From: Pontiella sp.
GTDB lineage: Bacteria > Verrucomicrobiota > Kiritimatiellia > Kiritimatiellales > Pontiellaceae
Direction of reading: 5' to 3'
NCBI GenBank assembly: GCA_050290185.1
Contig: JBNKHE010000008.1
Span: 148,647 to 212,646, forward strand
Length of the DNA: 64,000 nucleotides
The position numbers were made by a program, and so were the translations under genes. Position 1 is the stretch's first letter; every line of letters begins with the position of its first letter. Of the stretch, positions 58,350 to 64,000 are shown piece by piece. The notes below the pieces were generated by a model. It was not told the DNA's origin. It searched no databases and saw only the letters and a program-made list of their open reading frames with translations.

Positions 58350-59036
58350 CTAGAATCCGGCGGTGAACGAGGCAAAGATGCCGATGCTCGCGAGATCGGA
58401 TTGTCCGCCGACGTCGCTGAAGTCAACATCGGACCAGGTGCCGCGGACGCCAAATCCCAGCATGCCGGCATCCGCTACCCGGAACTCAATGCCGGCGCGT
58501 GCATAAACCCCGAGCCCCATGGAGGATTCCGTGTAGACCTCGTTGTCGGTGTTGTCGCTGAACTCCTTGTCCGTTCGGTAGCTGACATACATAATCAGGG
58601 GTCCGCCTCCGGCGTAGAGCCGCACATTACGGTCGGGGTCGAGATAGAGGTTGGCGTAGGCGCCTCCGGCCAGATCGAACATCCACAGGGAGGTGGATAG
58701 GTTGACATATAGGCCGCCCCCTCCGATATAAAGGTAGTTGAGTTTGTCTGCCCGGAAACCCAGTAGAAGCGAGGACTCCAGTCCACATTGGAGGCGGTCG
58801 CCAAGAGGCCGGGTGTACCAGGCTCCACCGAGCTGCGGCAGGGTGGAGAGGTTTGCTTTTCGAGGCGTTGCACTGTCATCGATCCGAAACTTGAGATGGT
58901 CGAAGCGGGTGGCTCCGAGGAGCGCCTGTGCATTGTAATCCTCGCTCCACGTATCGTAGGTGCAGGAGCTCGCCCGTGTCGAAGCGCAAACCAGTCCGGC
59001 TGCCATAATGAGCAGTGCGACAGGATTCGGTTTCAT
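58350..59036 (-). CDS. Small outer-membrane beta-barrel protein
   Basis: Signal peptide, amphipathic strands (LYAGGGP, G.YARAGIEF), terminal Phe. Confidence 0.75.
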   Translation of the reverse strand: MKPNPVALLIMAAGLVCASTRASSCTYDTWSEDYNAQALLGATRFDHLKFRIDDSATPRKANLSTLPQLGGAWYTRPLGDRLQCGLESSLLLGFRADKLNYLYIGGGGLYVNLSTSLWMFDLAGGAYANLYLDPDRNVRLYAGGGPLIMYVSYRTDKEFSDNTDNEVYTESSMGLGVYARAGIEFRVADAGMLGFGVRGTWSDVDFSDVGGQSDLASIGIFASFTAGF

Positions 59037-59098
59037 GGTTATCCTCCGGATGAATCTGTAGTATAGGACGTTTATCGGAGAATTCAAACCGCGAAAAG

Positions 59099-60766
<1,668 letters not shown>

Positions 60767-60938
60767 GGAGATCTCCTGCGCTGCTCCGCAGCAATTTTCG
60801 AATGTTGGTTTTGGATTTTTGAAATGCGGGTCTGCGACCGCTTCTGCGTTTTAGTCGGGCGCAGGTTTTACCCGGTTGCGGTGCAAAGCGCAAGCCGGGT
60901 TTAATCGGTAGCGATGTAAAGAGGGGCGGTCGGAGCTT

Positions 60939-62633
60939 CTACCGTCCAAACAATTTGCTGGGACTCTCTTCGGTTTTTATTTTTTTTATGGGGTGCGCCT
61001 GTTTTTTTTGCTCCGCAGGTTGCTGCAATTGCTGGGGAGCGGATTTTTTCAATTGATAAGGAAGTGCAGGGCTGGGATACCAGCGCCCCTTTTTATCTTT
61101 CTTAAAGGTGACTTCCATCGAGCCGGACTGGTTGTTCTCGGTGTAACCGATATAGAACGTGATCGGTGCCTCGTTATCGGTTAAGGGGTCGGTCGTTGAT
61201 ATTCCGGTGACCTTCGCCTCACGATACCGCCTGCAGAACACCAGTTGGGCCCGCTCCGTGTTCGGGCGAACCTTAAGGATAAGCGGTTCGGCTTCGAGGT
61301 TGTTTTGTTTAATCAAGGCCGTATACAGCGGGGACCTGGACAGGGCTTCCCCGGCATCCACACGGGTTTGAACCGCGGTCATGAGCGGCTGGTAGGCCCG
61401 GGGGTCAGCCCGGTCGGAAAGGATCTCGGCAGCGGCTTCCGCGATGGGGGTATTGGTCGAGGTGATAGCGGCAATCAGGGGTAATAATGCCGCCGGCCCC
61501 GCTTCTTTCAGTTGGAGGATGGCCTGCTCCCGGCAGGCATCCTGGCTCAGAAGCTTGATCAATTCGGGGATGTCGGCCCGTTCCGGCCCTGCGTCGGAGG
61601 AAAGCAGGATGGCTTGGGGATCCCGGGGGGGCGGGAAGCTCGGATTGAGTGCTGAGACCGCAGCATATAGATCGAGCAGGGGAGAAGGGCTGCCAATCCA
61701 GTCCGAACGCGCAGTCATCCATTGTTGTGCCTCGGTCGAAGCCACCCGGCTTGCTGCGGCATTGACATCGTCAAGTGCGGGCTCGCCAATCCAGTCCAGC
61801 GCCTGCATTGCGGCTTCCCGGATATCATCCACATCCAGCGACGCCGCTTCGATCAGCGTGGGAATAACGTCGTCTTCGGTGGCCAGGGACTCGAGGGGGG
61901 CCGTCTTTGTCGTGGGATCATCATCCAATGATGAGCAAGCAAGCTGGAACCAAACCAGCCCGCTGCCTTTGCGCGGGACGGAACTGAGGCCGCGCAGAAG
62001 TTGTATAGAGGTCTTCCGGATCTCCAGATTGGCGCTCCGCAGCCCTTTGATCATGGCCGGGACGGCGGGCTCGCCGATCCGGATCAGGCCGTTTCTGGCT
62101 TCGTCGCGCAGACGGTCGTCCTGATCCTCCACTCGGTCGACCAGCGCATTCAGGGCCGTGGTCCCTCCGATGTGGGCCAGCGCTTTGCAGGCGGCCAGCC
62201 GGATGGCTTCGTCCGGATCGTCAAGAGCTTCCACCAGGATATCGGCCGAGGCCTCCGCCTTCAGTGTCCCGAGCGCCTTGGCCGCCTTGAGGCGGGCCTC
62301 CTGATTGTCCAGCTTGAACGCGGCGATCAATGGAGTGATGGTGTCTGGAGTGCCGATGGCGGCCAGGGCATCGATGGCGGCCAGCTTGACGCTCTCCTCC
62401 GGATCGTTCAGGCAGGCCGCAAGGGCATCAGCCGCGGACTCGGCCTTCAGGGTCCCCAATGATTCGGCGGCTGCCTGCCGGACTTCAAACTTGGGGTCGG
62501 CCAAGGCGCTTATAAGTTTTCCCGCATCTCCCTTGGATTCCCATTTGGAAACATCCTCAACCGTTCGACTGCAACCTGCGACGCCCATCATGATACTTAG
62601 TAGGGCAATACATCCTGCGATATTCCTCTTCAT
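60939..62633 (-). CDS. HEAT/PBS-lyase repeat lipoprotein
   Basis: Lipobox VAG-C; repeated L...L.D....VR..AA..LG.L. Confidence 0.85.
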   Translation of the reverse strand: MKRNIAGCIALLSIMMGVAGCSRTVEDVSKWESKGDAGKLISALADPKFEVRQAAAESLGTLKAESAADALAACLNDPEESVKLAAIDALAAIGTPDTITPLIAAFKLDNQEARLKAAKALGTLKAEASADILVEALDDPDEAIRLAACKALAHIGGTTALNALVDRVEDQDDRLRDEARNGLIRIGEPAVPAMIKGLRSANLEIRKTSIQLLRGLSSVPRKGSGLVWFQLACSSLDDDPTTKTAPLESLATEDDVIPTLIEAASLDVDDIREAAMQALDWIGEPALDDVNAAASRVASTEAQQWMTARSDWIGSPSPLLDLYAAVSALNPSFPPPRDPQAILLSSDAGPERADIPELIKLLSQDACREQAILQLKEAGPAALLPLIAAITSTNTPIAEAAAEILSDRADPRAYQPLMTAVQTRVDAGEALSRSPLYTALIKQNNLEAEPLILKVRPNTERAQLVFCRRYREAKVTGISTTDPLTDNEAPITFYIGYTENNQSGSMEVTFKKDKKGRWYPSPALPYQLKKSAPQQLQQPAEQKKQAHPIKKIKTEESPSKLFGR

Positions 62634-62776
62634 GGCATATTCTCCACTCGGCATTTCATTTGAGCGCACCCAGAGTGCGTAGACAAAAATGTTAGATGGA
62701 AAAGGTACGAACCCACGACGTTTAATTCAAGGTTGTTTCTCTTGGCCTGCTTCGCTGGGCGATTGAATAGCTCTGG

Positions 62777-63140
62777 CTATTCAGCCGATCGGAATCCGTT
62801 TCCGATGGAGGGTGCCACGTGTGTAAGCCGGGCTGAGTATTCGGCAATCTTTACCCAGTAGATAATCCAGCACACAAAGCCAGCCAGAGTGGCAAGTACA
62901 CCCAGATATGGAACGATGGAGCAGGCATTGAGGATGCACATAGCCATGCCGATGGATTTTCCGGGTTCGGGTTCAACCGTTTCTCCACATTCGGCAAATT
63001 CCCTGGCCAGCGAATTGGACATCCCGTTGACGATAAAAAAGTGCCAGATAATGTTGAAGAGCGGAATCAGCATCAGCCAGACCAGTCCGGGTTGCATGGA
63101 GCGGTTTTCCGGTCTGCACCGGCCGAGGGCCTTCTGCAGC
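62777..63140 (-). pseudogene. Probably 5'-truncated membrane protein gene (DUF4328-like)
   Basis: LQKAL.RC.PENR.M.PG.VWL.LIPLFN..W.F...SL..EF...CWIIYWVKI; the upstream part of the 158 aa ORF is hydrophilic and lacks the expected first TM helix. Confidence 0.5.
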
Positions 63141-63497
63141 GAATGGCTCGTTCGAAATGACTGGTTCCATATCCCTATCTCCATTTCATGTACATGCTTT
63201 GCATACTTCTCAAGTAAGTCGGGAAGTTCAAGGCCAAAGCGCGGTGGCTCCATCTAAAACCATGGTTCTGGGCATTGATCTTGTCTATGGAACTGAAAGG
63301 AGCGGTGATATGGGATTCAACATAACCGTTCCATAGAAAAGCCGTTTGCCAGTGTCCGGATCGTACGGCGGCAGCAGACGAAGCGGTCTTGCATACGCAA
63401 AACCGTTAAACGGTCGGGGCCGGACTGATTGAACTTTTAGATGGTGCGGATTGACGTTTGAACACTTTTCCTGTTCCCTGCGTCTGTTCTGATACAT

Positions 63498-63853
63498 GGG
63501 GATGACTGGTTTCGACGGGTAGGTTGAAGCTTCAGTGGCGTGTCGAGGTTGGTCTCCAGGCCTCGTAAAAAGGAGCCCAAAAAACATAAATGCTGACGAA
63601 AGTTACGCACTAGCGGCATAGTTCCGCTACGTCTCTACTCCGAAGTCTGCTAGGGGATAGAGGCGACGACAGCAGGCTAAGGCTTCAACCGGGAATCCGG
63701 GTTGCGGCTCGAAAACCATAACAGGATCCTAGCGACCAAAGTGGCCTTGTCGGGCGGCAGCGGAGGCGGCGAATCTATTAATGTCCGACTACACACGTAG
63801 AAGCTGCTGTGACTCTTATTCGGACGGGGGTTCGATTCCCCCCATCTCCACCA
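63498..63853 (+). ncRNA. ssrA: tmRNA; tag peptide (A)ADESYALAA* at 63592-63621
   Basis: 5' GGGGATGACTGGTTTCGAC; ATAAAT before resume codon GCT; 3' GACGGGGGTTCGATTCCCCCCATCTCCACCA; 356 nt. Confidence 0.97.
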
Positions 63854-63962
63854 TTCGACTCACTTCGTTCGCTCATGGCGGGCCACGCGAGTCGAATGGG
63901 CTCTGCTGAGCTTGTCGAAGCATGTCCTGAGTAAAGGAGCGCTAGCGACTGTATCGAAGGGC
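63851..63962. repeat. Palindromic REP-like element directly after tmRNA
   Basis: CCATTCGACTC...GAGTCGAATGG; CTGAGCTTGTCGAAG; CCTGAG...TCGAAGGG. Confidence 0.65.
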
Positions 63963-64000
63963 ATTCCGGATCAAGGTCAACGTTGGACAATTCCCTTGTC

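Overview
Bacterial chromosomal window, GC-rich with AT-rich intergenic patches. The PEP-CTERM protein, ResB/CcsA-type maturation genes, Bat operon and 'FYR'-type C-terminal domains are most consistent with the PVC superphylum, probably Kiritimatiellota (inferred, not searched). Housekeeping genes include pheT, a DinG helicase, ugd, a moxR/bat operon, trmL, ettA and tmRNA. They flank a ~29 kb heme/cytochrome island (8.8-37.3 kb) that looks like a complete Geobacter-style extracellular electron transfer system. Inner-membrane parts are an ImcH-like NapC/NirT heptaheme and two CbcL-like cytochrome c/b fusions (11 and 19 CxxCH). Envelope parts are a c554-type tetraheme, a beta-barrel porin with a 12-heme lipoprotein, and two exported multiheme cytochromes (4 and 9 CxxCH). 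The exported cytochromes carry a C-terminal domain also found on an unrelated subtilase. Support genes are system II cytochrome c maturation, two hemA genes, SirC-HemA and HemC-CobA-HemD fusions, and an Rrf2 regulator with candidate operators. About 66 heme-binding motifs were counted by eye. An S8-protease/BspA-LRR gene sits inside the island between two diverged copies of a cytochrome gene's 3' end (an insertion scar). Short heptamer/nonamer inverted-repeat elements occur at most bat-operon junctions, and a palindromic element follows the tmRNA.
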